A stretch of 57,421 bases of DNA from a virus (Duplodnaviria > Caudoviricetes), in the IMG/VR virus record IMGVR_UViG_3300031566_000036, positions 1-57,421 of that record. The stretch is one strand, 5' to 3'. The notes below the pieces were generated by a model, which had not been told where the DNA came from, did not search any database, and worked only from the letters and a program-made list of their open reading frames with translations. The position numbers and the translations under genes were made by a program. Below are positions 47,099 through 57,093 of this stretch, piece after piece (the stretch's first letter is position 1; the number at the start of each line of letters is the position of its first letter).

Positions 47099-47729
47099 GA
47101 GTTTTCCTTTCATCCCAAAATGTGTCACATGCAACTTTTGGAAATAAGTCTAAATCGCTATTATCAGTGACATTGATTATTTCACAGTTAAAGACTCCAC
47201 TTTTTAATGCAATACTTAAATGCATGAATCCTTCAAGAAAGTCAGCATACACATTTTTGTTAGACCGTTTATTCAGTTGACTATGCCAATTAGCTTTTCC
47301 GTCTTTTGAAAGATGCATGTCAAACCCAAGAAGAAAAACACGACGAGCTCCGAGAATCAATGCTAAATTAACAGCTGAAGCGCCGGTGTTTTTATTCCAC
47401 GCAAGTTTACTTCTACTCAAGCCAGTTGACTTTCGTTGTAGTGTCCAAAGCCAAGGAACTTTTGTATGATAAAGTCTTCTGGCATTAGTAAATACTACGC
47501 CGCCGTTATTAGCGTACTGTGCTAATTTTGACTCATGCTCATTGAACCAAGCGACATCGCCGAACACACAAAGCTTGCAAATTGTCGGTCTTAACATATA
47601 CGCGTCATTACAACCGATGGTGCGTTCACCTAAAAGAAGATTCCAATCAAAGTTTCTTAAAGAGTCACCGCCACCGATTATAAAAACGTCTTGGTCCTGC
47701 CAATCATTTGTTGGTCGCCATATCGGCAT
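47088..47729 (-). CDS. DUF115/MptE-like protein, paralog 2
   Basis: VFIIGGGDSL, TIGCN, NTG..A.NLA..LGA..LLGFDM. Confidence 0.7.
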   Translation of the reverse strand: MPIWRPTNDWQDQDVFIIGGGDSLRNFDWNLLLGERTIGCNDAYMLRPTICKLCVFGDVAWFNEHESKLAQYANNGGVVFTNARRLYHTKVPWLWTLQRKSTGLSRSKLAWNKNTGASAVNLALILGARRVFLLGFDMHLSKDGKANWHSQLNKRSNKNVYADFLEGFMHLSIALKSGVFNCEIINVTDNSDLDLFPKVACDTFWDERKTHVA

Positions 47730-47738
47730 ACATTTACC

Positions 47739-48182
47739 TTAAGATGCGAGGTTAATCCAAGCTTGCACAGCGTTCATCCGCAATTTTTCATCGAGCTTCG
47801 AATCATCGTTGATACGAATGGTGCACCAACCACCGCCCTTAGTAAAAACTTTTAGGTTCTTACCTTTGGGTATTTTGTATTGGCTGGTGATGTCATCACC
47901 GAGTGACTCTTCTGAATCTTTTTTAAGTCCATCAACTGTCGGTAATTCCGGGGTCTCCGAATCAAGTGCAGTTCTCATAACCGCACTTGACATCGGAATT
48001 CCCGGAGCAAGATCTGGTGCAGGTGAATCATCGCTGGTCATTAACCGCTCGAACTTTTTTGGGAAACACTTTACTAAGTCTGTATCTGACTCAAGTGTAT
48101 CGCCCGCTTTATAAACGGTTGGAACACCTTCAGCGTTCGGTTGTGTATGATTACCTGCACCTTTTTTAATTCTGAAAAACAT
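47739..48182 (-). CDS. Hypothetical protein directly after the capsid gene
   Basis: 147-aa ORF with GGAAAGGA RBS. Confidence 0.75.
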   Translation of the reverse strand: MFFRIKKGAGNHTQPNAEGVPTVYKAGDTLESDTDLVKCFPKKFERLMTSDDSPAPDLAPGIPMSSAVMRTALDSETPELPTVDGLKKDSEESLGDDITSQYKIPKGKNLKVFTKGGGWCTIRINDDSKLDEKLRMNAVQAWINLAS

Positions 48183-48222
48183 TTGTTAAGTCCTTTCCAA
48201 AAACTTTTCGCCAAACTATTTA

Positions 48223-49290
48223 CTATGCAACGTTGCCGTGCACGATGCCGGTGTTTCCGTTAAAGTCACCTCGGATCTGCGGAACGATGATGCACATGAT
48301 TTTGAAGTTCTTTTGCATGCCGCCTTTGGTATCCCACTGTAGTGTTGTAATGTCCATGCCAACGACTACACGAACGATGTCACTGGTCATCTGAACCATC
48401 ACGACCTGATAGCCTGTCAAGAAGTCAAGGGTTTGAATGTCAGTGATACCACTCAAAGCTTTGACCCGTTCACGGAGAGTCTTATCTGATGCTGCTTTGA
48501 AGTCACCATCGAGATAAATGTCCCAACCGGGAGCGACGTACAACATCCATGGGCCGTAATGATACGCCGCGACACTGGATGCTCGCATTGTCATGACTTC
48601 ATTCAAGAATGTTGCAGCGGTCCAACCAGCTCCAGTAGGATTGGTAAGTACCTGAGTCAGTCGACCAGTGAAGTTTGTAAGACCTACAACTTGTCCCGCA
48701 CCAAATGCAAGACCGGTCGTAACGCCGAGCGTGATTTTCTCAACTGACTCACCGACTTTTCGAGCGCCGAGTTCAGCCGATGAAGTGTCGAGAGGCGAAC
48801 CACCATTTCGTGAAGTCAGAAGTTGACGCGCACTAAACATGAAGTCTTTGTGCGTGATGGGTAACGGCAAAACACCCAGCTCATATTCGGGCCTGTCATC
48901 AGGGCTCTCCCTCAGACCGTCCATACTTACAACGGCATCATTGACGTCGCCTTGCGTCTCAGTCTCAAGGACTGTTTTGCCCATGCCTTGCGGAATGGTG
49001 AATGTAAGTCCCATGCCACGAATGTCGGCGACCAATTTCAGGCGTTCTTTTGCGGCTTTAACAATCGCGTCATCGAGATACTTCCACTCATCTTTGCGAA
49101 GAGTCGCATGCGTGTTATGAACGGGCGTAACTTCCACGCGCCCCAACGCACTGACTCGCGTAACGTACGTTCCGCCGTCGTTCCCGATGAACGGCCGAAG
49201 AACGTTCACGTCGCCATTAGCTTGAAGCAGTCTGTCGACCGGGTCTCCGCTAAGGGCGCCGAGCTGTTGATATTTCTGAAGCAAATTCAT
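48223..49290 (-). CDS. Major capsid protein (HK97 fold, Linocin/encapsulin-like group)
   Basis: 355 aa; L..DEW..LD, PLPITHKDF....R.L..SR..G.PLD, YGPW.LY; synteny. Confidence 0.85.
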   Translation of the reverse strand: MNLLQKYQQLGALSGDPVDRLLQANGDVNVLRPFIGNDGGTYVTRVSALGRVEVTPVHNTHATLRKDEWKYLDDAIVKAAKERLKLVADIRGMGLTFTIPQGMGKTVLETETQGDVNDAVVSMDGLRESPDDRPEYELGVLPLPITHKDFMFSARQLLTSRNGGSPLDTSSAELGARKVGESVEKITLGVTTGLAFGAGQVVGLTNFTGRLTQVLTNPTGAGWTAATFLNEVMTMRASSVAAYHYGPWMLYVAPGWDIYLDGDFKAASDKTLRERVKALSGITDIQTLDFLTGYQVVMVQMTSDIVRVVVGMDITTLQWDTKGGMQKNFKIMCIIVPQIRGDFNGNTGIVHGNVA

Positions 49291-49337
49291 TTATGTTTCC
49301 TTTCAAAAAACTTATTTTGTTGTCGCAGTTATAGGGG

Positions 49338-49802
49338 TTAGTTACCGCCTGTGATTCTGATGCGTGCAAGACGCTCAGTTGATGCTTCGCTACCTGTTAG
49401 GTCGAGTGCTTCCATCATGACACCGATAACAAAGATGTCAACAGCCTCACTATCGAGTGTGTCGAGGCCGATGAGTGTTCCGTCACCGCCACTTACAACT
49501 CGGTCACCGATAGCGAGGTCTACGCCATCTTGAAATCTTGCTCGAACTTCTGAGCCGAGGCCAGGAAGTATTACTGAGCAGAGTTCGTCGACTGTATAAA
49601 CTTTGTCAACGGTATTGCCTTGCAGCGCGTCTTCTTCCGCGAACATCGCTTCAGCACGGCCACCCTCTGTAGCGTGCATTGTGACATCACCGTCCGCATC
49701 CAGTTTAACGAGCATGCCGGGATAAATCCCAGCTTCTCCGGCATTATACTCTTCGTGAGTATACGGCCCTTTGGAGTGAATCCTATTATTTGTCGTAGTC
49801 AT
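49338..49802 (-). CDS. Capsid decoration/cement protein
   Basis: IYPGMLV, IGD.VVS.GDG; lies between protease and MCP genes. Confidence 0.7.
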   Translation of the reverse strand: MTTTNNRIHSKGPYTHEEYNAGEAGIYPGMLVKLDADGDVTMHATEGGRAEAMFAEEDALQGNTVDKVYTVDELCSVILPGLGSEVRARFQDGVDLAIGDRVVSGGDGTLIGLDTLDSEAVDIFVIGVMMEALDLTGSEASTERLARIRITGGN

Positions 49803-49867
49803 TTGTAGCTTCCTTTATAGAATAATGTATCTTGTAGTTCGATTACTTAACTGTTTTGAGTGACCTA

Positions 49868-51295
49868 CTATTTCTTATCGGGACCGATGACCGATTGCAT
49901 GAGCATCGGCGTTTCTGCATTTTGCGTGTTACCAGTGCTAAGAACCGAAAAGTCGTTCACAGATTCATCAGCTAAAGGCTCCATCAAATTGGCAATCATT
50001 GCCAACTCAGTGTTATCTTTCAGCTCAAGCTGTTCTTTCGTAAACTGATTCCGCTCGTTTGCAGTGATATGTGTGATGTACGCGGCCTTCTGTGCGTTGT
50101 ACGTTGCAAGGCCACTTTTCAGAACGTTCCGAACCGGAGCGGGAATGCTTTCGTCGTTGACATATTCATCAACAGTTTTCGGTGGCTTCTGATTGTTCGC
50201 AGTCAGCTTGTCAGCCGCGGCCTTTTCATCGGCGGCCTTCTTTTCATTCGCGGCCAACTCTTCAGCAGCTTTCTTTGCGGCATTCTCGACTGCCGTCTTT
50301 GCGGCTAATGCTTCGGACGATACCATTTTCTCTAATGAAGCGTCGTCAAGCTTCATCAAAGTATCACGGTCAGTCTCAACCCAACTGTTGAGGTTGCTCG
50401 TGATAATGTCACTTACCATCTTTTCTTTGTTCATCTGAGCTTCCTTTCGATTTGCAACATCATTTTCATTACCAACGAACGTTCCGTCGGGTGTACGATA
50501 TTCTGTCACTTGAACTACTTCATCAAATAAGCCGGTGACAGTCACAGCATTGTCTTTTACAGTATAATCTCCTTTAAAAAGTTTTGCATTTTTTGTAAAG
50601 ACAAAGAAGTCTGAGTAAACGTCTCTCACCCAAACGTCTAAATCTTTATTCTTTTCTTGCAACCAACTATTGAGCATTGAGCGAATGTTGTCAAATGACA
50701 TTTCATTATTAATGATTTTAATCTGTCCAGGCACTGCGTTCAACCGTAAAAATCCCGCGCCGTCTTCAATCGAGCAAGCACCTTTCAAGTCAGGCAATAA
50801 TGCCAAATGGTCTGGCCTAAAGTTTCGTGCAACGCGGTCATACTTTTCGCCGTTCCATTCACCAGACTCTGCAACGTTGTCCGTGAATAAGCCAGTTGAT
50901 AATTCCATCACTTGATTCTTTTCAATGGCCTGAGCAATACGCTCGTCGATTTTATTTGCTCGTGATTCGTCTAACCACGCTTCGGCTTTTAATTTGCCGT
51001 CTTCGAATCGTGTGTTCATTATTAGACCAACACCGCGCCTTGATAGAATATCTGAGTTGCATGCGCTCAAGGCTGAACCGTCCGGGGCGGATGGGTGATA
51101 AACTACGACTGGCTTATGATTCCATACTTGAGGTGTTTTGCTAAGTTCCTCGCTCGGATAAAACAGCGGGCCCGAAGTTCCTGCGTGTACGCCTTCTGTG
51201 AGCATCACCATCGGAGCAACAAGGTATTGCTTGTCACCGATTGTATCGTATCGTGTGTTTCCAACGAAATTAGCAGTTATTCTTTGAAAGGACAT
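49868..51295 (-). CDS. Prohead protease (DUF2213-like) with scaffold region
   Basis: KPVVVYHP, ELSTG, DHLALL...GACS..DG.G; Ala/Lys/Glu-rich C-terminal helix. Confidence 0.8.
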   Translation of the reverse strand: MSFQRITANFVGNTRYDTIGDKQYLVAPMVMLTEGVHAGTSGPLFYPSEELSKTPQVWNHKPVVVYHPSAPDGSALSACNSDILSRRGVGLIMNTRFEDGKLKAEAWLDESRANKIDERIAQAIEKNQVMELSTGLFTDNVAESGEWNGEKYDRVARNFRPDHLALLPDLKGACSIEDGAGFLRLNAVPGQIKIINNEMSFDNIRSMLNSWLQEKNKDLDVWVRDVYSDFFVFTKNAKLFKGDYTVKDNAVTVTGLFDEVVQVTEYRTPDGTFVGNENDVANRKEAQMNKEKMVSDIITSNLNSWVETDRDTLMKLDDASLEKMVSSEALAAKTAVENAAKKAAEELAANEKKAADEKAAADKLTANNQKPPKTVDEYVNDESIPAPVRNVLKSGLATYNAQKAAYITHITANERNQFTKEQLELKDNTELAMIANLMEPLADESVNDFSVLSTGNTQNAETPMLMQSVIGPDKK

Positions 51296-51305
51296 TTATT
51301 ACTCC

Positions 51306-52724
51306 TTAAATTACTTCGCGCGACCAAACTTTTGCGTTGATGAATTTTTGCCCGAGAGCTCTTGCTGCTTCAACTCGATGATGACCATCTAAAATCATAT
51401 ATCGCCCATTTCGATAAATGACTTCGATTTCCTTATACTTTTCAGGGTTAAGCGCAAGATACTTTCGTAAAGGAACTACACTTACATCGCCTTGGATACT
51501 ATGATACAGTTTATCAATTGAAATTTGTTGTCCTTTGTATAACTTTGCTCCAGACTTGCTTAAGTCTATCCCGCCGGGAAATGATGACAGAATCAAATCC
51601 TTATCGTCAAACTTAGATAAGCTTTTAAGAGCGTCCTCTTTTGAACTAAATATCGGATTTGGGGCGCCTTTACCTTGAGCCCATGCGGGTAATCGGGGGT
51701 CGTCTAATGGGCGAGCAACTTCTTTACTTTTATCAGCCCATGTAGTACCACTTGTAGGTTTAGTCTTTAATGCTGGTTTTGGGGTTCCTGGTACGGCCTG
51801 TGGCGCCTTTTTTGTCGGAACGCGGGTAATTATATCGGGTTTAGTTGTCGGCGCCCCAATAGGCCCTGAGGCCCTTTTACCAGGGACTGTTTTCGGTTGC
51901 ATGTCTGAGGGTATCCACGCGCATCGACAATTGGGATGTAAAGGAATCTGACCGCGGGCTTCGTCAATAGTATATGTTTCACCTTCCATTGAACTACACT
52001 GCTCACAAACTCTATCATCACCCGCTGTACTCCACTCGACCATTGCCGATACTTCTTCAACGTTCAATCGTTGGAATGAGTCGAGTTGTCCTTCCGCGTG
52101 TGCATGTATAATTTCAGTACGCGCGATAACGTTTGCCCGCGTGCGAGTTAACTTTTTAATGTTATCAGTTAACGACCGAGCAATTTTCGCTGGTCCTTCG
52201 CCTTTGATTAACCCATCAGATAAAATGCGCCCCATCTGTTGCGACATTGCAGCAGTGACCCCTTTGAGCTCTTCGAAGGACCGCGTCATTAGCAATTGAA
52301 CTTTGCTCATCATCTCAGGTGAATTAAAAGCGTCTCGCAAAAATTCTTGTTGTGAGCCACTGTAAAAATCAAATCTTTTATTCACATCAATGTATGCGCG
52401 CTCAACACCTTTTTTATATCCCGACTCTATATACGGTGATGTCCATGGCTCACCTGTTCCGCTAACCGTTAAAATCTTTGAGTCGACTTCTTTTTGTAGC
52501 CATTTCTTATACGCGTCAATTTTACCTGAGTCTGTTGCAAAACGCCATGCTTGGTCAGCTTGAAGAATCATCATCGGATTGACTTTTAGACCGAACGCGT
52601 CCTCTGTCACTACAAGCTTTTTAACTGCCTGAGCAAGTGAGTTGAATCTTCGTTGCATTTCAGAAACGAAACGCCTACGAATCATCACTGTTCGGGTCGG
52701 GTCTATTGTCTTCGTCAGAATCAT
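51306..52724 (-). CDS. Head morphogenesis protein (MuF/SPP1 gp7) with C-terminal ParB/Srx-like domain
   Basis: RA..IARTE, W....D.RVC..C, P.HPNCRC; Pro/Lys/Thr linker; ILDGHHR..AA. Confidence 0.85.
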   Translation of the reverse strand: MILTKTIDPTRTVMIRRRFVSEMQRRFNSLAQAVKKLVVTEDAFGLKVNPMMILQADQAWRFATDSGKIDAYKKWLQKEVDSKILTVSGTGEPWTSPYIESGYKKGVERAYIDVNKRFDFYSGSQQEFLRDAFNSPEMMSKVQLLMTRSFEELKGVTAAMSQQMGRILSDGLIKGEGPAKIARSLTDNIKKLTRTRANVIARTEIIHAHAEGQLDSFQRLNVEEVSAMVEWSTAGDDRVCEQCSSMEGETYTIDEARGQIPLHPNCRCAWIPSDMQPKTVPGKRASGPIGAPTTKPDIITRVPTKKAPQAVPGTPKPALKTKPTSGTTWADKSKEVARPLDDPRLPAWAQGKGAPNPIFSSKEDALKSLSKFDDKDLILSSFPGGIDLSKSGAKLYKGQQISIDKLYHSIQGDVSVVPLRKYLALNPEKYKEIEVIYRNGRYMILDGHHRVEAARALGQKFINAKVWSREVI

Positions 52725-54105
52725 TTAGTTCGTCTTCGTCTATTGTGTCATCTTGAAACTCTTCTGCTTCTAAGATAAACTGCTCAGCTTCTTCATCAGT
52801 ATATCCCATGACCGTGGTTAGGAATTGATGCGGTGGGATTAGCGTATTTCCACTTGAAGCGACATACTTTGCAATCGCGTCTGTTTTATCCTTCATTATC
52901 GTAGCCTCGTCCTTCGGGTCGAGCTCAGCTAAATCGGGCCATGCGACAGTGTACTCTTTTGGCTCAGATAAAATTCCTGCTGCGATTAAGCGGTCGATGA
53001 ACGGGTGAACTATTTCAACAGTGCAGTAATTCTCTTGCCGTTTTTTAATGCGACGATTCCAAGTCGTAGTATCGGCCGATGATGCAAGTTTCGCCTCTTC
53101 ACTGCCGACTAATAATCTATACGGAATTCCAAGTGTTATTCCAATTGCTTTCAAGAGCACATCAAAGTGCTCTTTTGGACTGGCTACTTGTACAGCGAGT
53201 GACTTCGCAGACACTCCGACAAGAGCCATGTACCGTTGTAGTTTATTTGAGTAATTGTCGAACTCTTCTCGAATTTCTTTTTTCTCTGTGGATGTTAAAC
53301 CAGCAGTTCGTTCGGGATTGACTTCGAATGCTAAACCCGGATACGCACCTCGCCAAAACATTTCTGCACTACCACCTAATAGTTTTTTAATATCTAATAG
53401 GTAATTATACACCTGCTGCATACGAGGCGTGCCAAATGTTTCGCTTGACAATTTACCATCAACGACGTGAATGATTCGAGTCCAATGCACGAGAATCTCT
53501 GTGCCTTCTAATTCACCGTTTAAGTTCTCTGACCTAAGGCTGTATAATAGTGGGCGACCAAATCGTGGTGATTGTGGATTCTCGTCTTTCGTGTTGATTT
53601 GAATCATCATCTCAGAGAACGGTTTTAAGTACAGCAACTTTCGTGTAGCTTTTCGCCCGGACCTTTCAGCTTTCTTGCTGCTTAAATCAACACTATTGAC
53701 ACCATCGACGGGCTCATATAATTTCTTGCCATCGTTGACGCCTATGAGCAATGCGCCGTACTGCCCGATACCCGAAAGAATGTCGAGGCGTGATAAGTAA
53801 TTGAAGATATGGAATTCTTTTTCTAAAGCTTTCCATTCTTTTTCAAACGCTGTTTCATTATCCGTTTCATCCTCAATTATTTCAGGCACAACGTTCCAAC
53901 ATTCCTCTGGCATTAAATTGTTTACGCGAGATGCAATGCCGTGTCGATTCCATGCGACGTTATAGTCACCTTGTGAAATGGTTAAAGGATAACCGCACTC
54001 ATCGTCGATGCTACGAGTCGTGTCTTGTATTAAATTTAACAGTTCACGCCGTAGAGTATTAGCGTTTTGTATGTAATCGGCTTTGTTCATATTCTCGTAT
54101 TCCAA
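52675..54105 (-). CDS. Portal protein (DUF1073-like)
   Basis: SPRFGRP, VHWTRIIH, GIP.R.L.G; follows the terminase. Confidence 0.85.
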   Translation of the reverse strand: MEYENMNKADYIQNANTLRRELLNLIQDTTRSIDDECGYPLTISQGDYNVAWNRHGIASRVNNLMPEECWNVVPEIIEDETDNETAFEKEWKALEKEFHIFNYLSRLDILSGIGQYGALLIGVNDGKKLYEPVDGVNSVDLSSKKAERSGRKATRKLLYLKPFSEMMIQINTKDENPQSPRFGRPLLYSLRSENLNGELEGTEILVHWTRIIHVVDGKLSSETFGTPRMQQVYNYLLDIKKLLGGSAEMFWRGAYPGLAFEVNPERTAGLTSTEKKEIREEFDNYSNKLQRYMALVGVSAKSLAVQVASPKEHFDVLLKAIGITLGIPYRLLVGSEEAKLASSADTTTWNRRIKKRQENYCTVEIVHPFIDRLIAAGILSEPKEYTVAWPDLAELDPKDEATIMKDKTDAIAKYVASSGNTLIPPHQFLTTVMGYTDEEAEQFILEAEEFQDDTIDEDELNDSDEDNRPDPNSDDS

Positions 54106-54728
54106 AATTCATCGAAATTTATTTTTGGAAAAACATCTAAGTTGCTATCATTAGTGACATTTATAACTGAACGGTCAGGATATAATTGTCTTAGTTCAGG
54201 AGCAGCTTTTTCAAACCCACGTATCATTCGGTTATACACTTCTTGATTCGGCGTATCAATTACATAGTCATGCCAATTCGGTCGACCCTCCGCATCGAGG
54301 TGCATGTCGAACCCTAAGAGGTAAACAGTCTGTGCACCCATTATTAATGCAAGATTAATCGCGGTTGAACCAGTGTTCATATTCCAGCCTAACTTATCAG
54401 TAGCAAAGCCTGAAGCTTTACGCTCGAGTACTGTCACCCAATTAACTTTGCACTTCGTTAATAGTCGGTCAGTCGATACTACAGGATTCGGAAAAGCTTT
54501 AAGCTCATTATAAAAGTCTTTTCTCGGCGTTCGTTGATGCGTCAAAATAAACTGCCTATCACCGAAGATACAAATATCACATACATCATGACCTAATCTA
54601 AACGCGTTATTACATCCGATAGTACGTTCATTTATTAACCGACCAAAATCGAACTCACGCAGTGACGCTCCACCACCAATTATAAAAACGTCTTCACCTT
54701 TCCAAATTTCTGTGGGTTGCCAATTCAT
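54087..54728 (-). CDS. DUF115/MptE-like protein, paralog 3
   Basis: Clearly similar over its full length to 47088-47729. Confidence 0.7.
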   Translation of the reverse strand: MNWQPTEIWKGEDVFIIGGGASLREFDFGRLINERTIGCNNAFRLGHDVCDICIFGDRQFILTHQRTPRKDFYNELKAFPNPVVSTDRLLTKCKVNWVTVLERKASGFATDKLGWNMNTGSTAINLALIMGAQTVYLLGFDMHLDAEGRPNWHDYVIDTPNQEVYNRMIRGFEKAAPELRQLYPDRSVINVTNDSNLDVFPKINFDEFWNTRI

Positions 54729-54736
54729 TTACATCG

Positions 54737-55252
54737 CTATCCTACTGACAACATAAACCTTTTTGCTTTCCCGGTATTTTCAAAGCCATGACATTCACAG
54801 CAAAGACTTATCTCATTTTCAAAAGTATTGTTATAATGATTACTATCAATATGATGAACGTCGAGTTTTCGACCATTTTCTTTTTGAGTTTTACCGCATC
54901 GTTGACATCGGTATTCATCACGTTGACGAATCAACTCGCGATGACTCTCTTCTGCTTGTGAGTTAAACCCATGAATATACTGACTGTTATTTTCGCCTGT
55001 TCGGTCTAATGTTTTATTTCGCTCTATAGTCTTTTCTCGTTTCCAACACCCACAACTTACGACCGCTCCACCCCGTAAATGTAAGCCTCTTATAACTTTT
55101 TCAATTCCGCAATCACAATGACACAAGTAGTAGTCTCGTTTATTTTGTTTTGATTTGTTCACGTCGTACTTAACTATAACGTATCGACCAAATCGTTGAC
55201 CAATTATTAATTGCGGTACACTCCACTGTCGTTTATACGCGCCTTTTGGCAT
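54737..55252 (-). CDS. HNH homing endonuclease
   Basis: Paralog of 4941-5468 (MP.G, FGR, DYYLC.CDC, SCGC, NGRKL..HH.D.N.YNN). Confidence 0.88.
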   Translation of the reverse strand: MPKGAYKRQWSVPQLIIGQRFGRYVIVKYDVNKSKQNKRDYYLCHCDCGIEKVIRGLHLRGGAVVSCGCWKREKTIERNKTLDRTGENNSQYIHGFNSQAEESHRELIRQRDEYRCQRCGKTQKENGRKLDVHHIDSNHYNNTFENEISLCCECHGFENTGKAKRFMLSVG

Positions 55253-57093
55253 TATAGTTTCCCCACTTTCATAACGCCTTCAGCTAACTTATTAAATGCG
55301 CCAGACGTTGCATCGATTTGATCTTTATACTTCGAAGCTGGGAAGTATCGCATTTCGTCAAGATATGTTTTATTCCAATCCGCTTCGACCATCCACATAT
55401 TACCACAGTTCACTTGGTCGGCGCAAGGGCCTGCTCGAACAATTTTATTTCCTGAAGCTGAACCAACAGGATCTTTTTGAATTCGATAGCCTGCGAGGTT
55501 TCGTATAGTGTAAGTCGCTTGGTCTTTGCCGCCGCTCCCGGGCTCTTGCTCAATCCAAATCCAAACAGGCTTACCATCGAACCGTGCAGTATTTTTTATG
55601 ATTGATTCACGCTCATCCATTGCCCATTGACCGCGGATGACGTCGAGTATCCAAAAGCGCCCTTCTAAATCGAGTCCCATTTTGACGCCTGCGGTATAAC
55701 AACCCGCGCCTTGTGTTCCTGCTTTGTCCCAATATCTAATTACTTGTTTCCATTTGTTTACCGGTACACCAATGGAAATTCTGTCAGGTTTGAACATAGC
55801 ACCGCCACGAGGCACGGGCGTTTGATTAAATTGACCCGCGTATCCAAATTCGCCAAGTGTTTTAAAGTTACTTTTCAGAGTTGCTCGTGATAGCCTGCGA
55901 GGGTCCAATAATCCGTCGATGTATCTTTCTCTAACCTCTGCTGGCTTAACTAAGTCACTGTCCTCAGCGGGCAAGCAAATATGTTTCACCGTTTCGTAAG
56001 TATCGAGCATGTGCTGCGTACAGTCGTTCTGATGCAAGCGCTGCATAATTAAAATTGTAGGTGTGATGTCTTTATCAACTTTACGCGTAAACAGTGTTTC
56101 GCTCATTACACGATTCGCTTTATTTAACTCGACTTCACTAACCGCTTTTTCAGGGTTCAGTGGGTCGTCGACTCCGATAAAGTGAGCGTGCATACCCGTG
56201 ACTGTGCCTTGTGTTCCGAAAGAATACCGACTACCACCTTTTGTATTTACAAAGTGTGACTTCGCGTGTTGGTCTTTTCTTAACACAACCTCAGGGAATA
56301 GTCGTTGATACTTATTACATATAACAATGTCTTTATTCTTTCGGGCTAAGTCCATCGCTAACACATCAACGTAACTTCCGCCAAGAAACCTTGATGAAGG
56401 CATTCGGGTCCATGTCCACGCTGGAAACATTATACTGGCCGCAGTAGATTTAGTTGTTCCCGGTGGAATGTTAATTATGAGGTCATACTCTTTAGGCTTA
56501 CCTGCGAATACCCGCTCAGCGACATATTGCAATTCATCCGAGATATATGAAATGTGCCAGTTCCAAACGGGTCGCTCTGCAATAATCTCGCCCCAAAATT
56601 CTTTCATGAATTCAAAAAATGATTCACGGCATATTGATGCAAGCAATTCATCTTCGTCAAATTGAACGTTGCTGCCCGCTCGTAGCGCTTCGAGTAATTC
56701 TTTTCGCTGAATGAGGGTGAGTCCAAGAGCGTCAAGCGGAGTCACCTCTGTATACTCAAGGACCCGCACCTCATCAGCTTTAATACTGGCAGCGTCATAG
56801 TCCACGTTGTCAAGCACGCACCTATCGTAGTTAGCGCCTTGTAGTTCGCCGGACATTGCGAACGTTATGTTTTCAAACTTCATTCTTGGATAGATTGCGA
56901 ACTTATTAAGGAGCGCTTGTCTCGCTGTTTCAGGGAATTGACTTAACCAAAGTCCGCGTTGTGATTCTACAAGCCACATGAGCAAAACGTCCCGCGACTG
57001 ATTTGCTTCATCATGCGGCACCTTCAAAAACGGCGAGGCGTCGAACACTGTTCGCAAATGGTCAGGACAAGATATGTCTAATGTTATACTCAT
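55252..57093 (-). CDS. terL: Terminase large subunit
   Basis: NIPPGTTKS (Walker A), TG.HAHFIGVDDP (Walker B), MQRLH, YWDKA, EQEPGSGGK, DQIDA. Confidence 0.92.
   Translation of the reverse strand: MSITLDISCPDHLRTVFDASPFLKVPHDEANQSRDVLLMWLVESQRGLWLSQFPETARQALLNKFAIYPRMKFENITFAMSGELQGANYDRCVLDNVDYDAASIKADEVRVLEYTEVTPLDALGLTLIQRKELLEALRAGSNVQFDEDELLASICRESFFEFMKEFWGEIIAERPVWNWHISYISDELQYVAERVFAGKPKEYDLIINIPPGTTKSTAASIMFPAWTWTRMPSSRFLGGSYVDVLAMDLARKNKDIVICNKYQRLFPEVVLRKDQHAKSHFVNTKGGSRYSFGTQGTVTGMHAHFIGVDDPLNPEKAVSEVELNKANRVMSETLFTRKVDKDITPTILIMQRLHQNDCTQHMLDTYETVKHICLPAEDSDLVKPAEVRERYIDGLLDPRRLSRATLKSNFKTLGEFGYAGQFNQTPVPRGGAMFKPDRISIGVPVNKWKQVIRYWDKAGTQGAGCYTAGVKMGLDLEGRFWILDVIRGQWAMDERESIIKNTARFDGKPVWIWIEQEPGSGGKDQATYTIRNLAGYRIQKDPVGSASGNKIVRAGPCADQVNCGNMWMVEADWNKTYLDEMRYFPASKYKDQIDATSGAFNKLAEGVMKVGKL

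Noticed and set aside
48223-49290. Encapsulin/bacteriocin gene
   Set aside because: The context (portal, protease, decoration, head-tail genes) identifies it as the phage major capsid protein.
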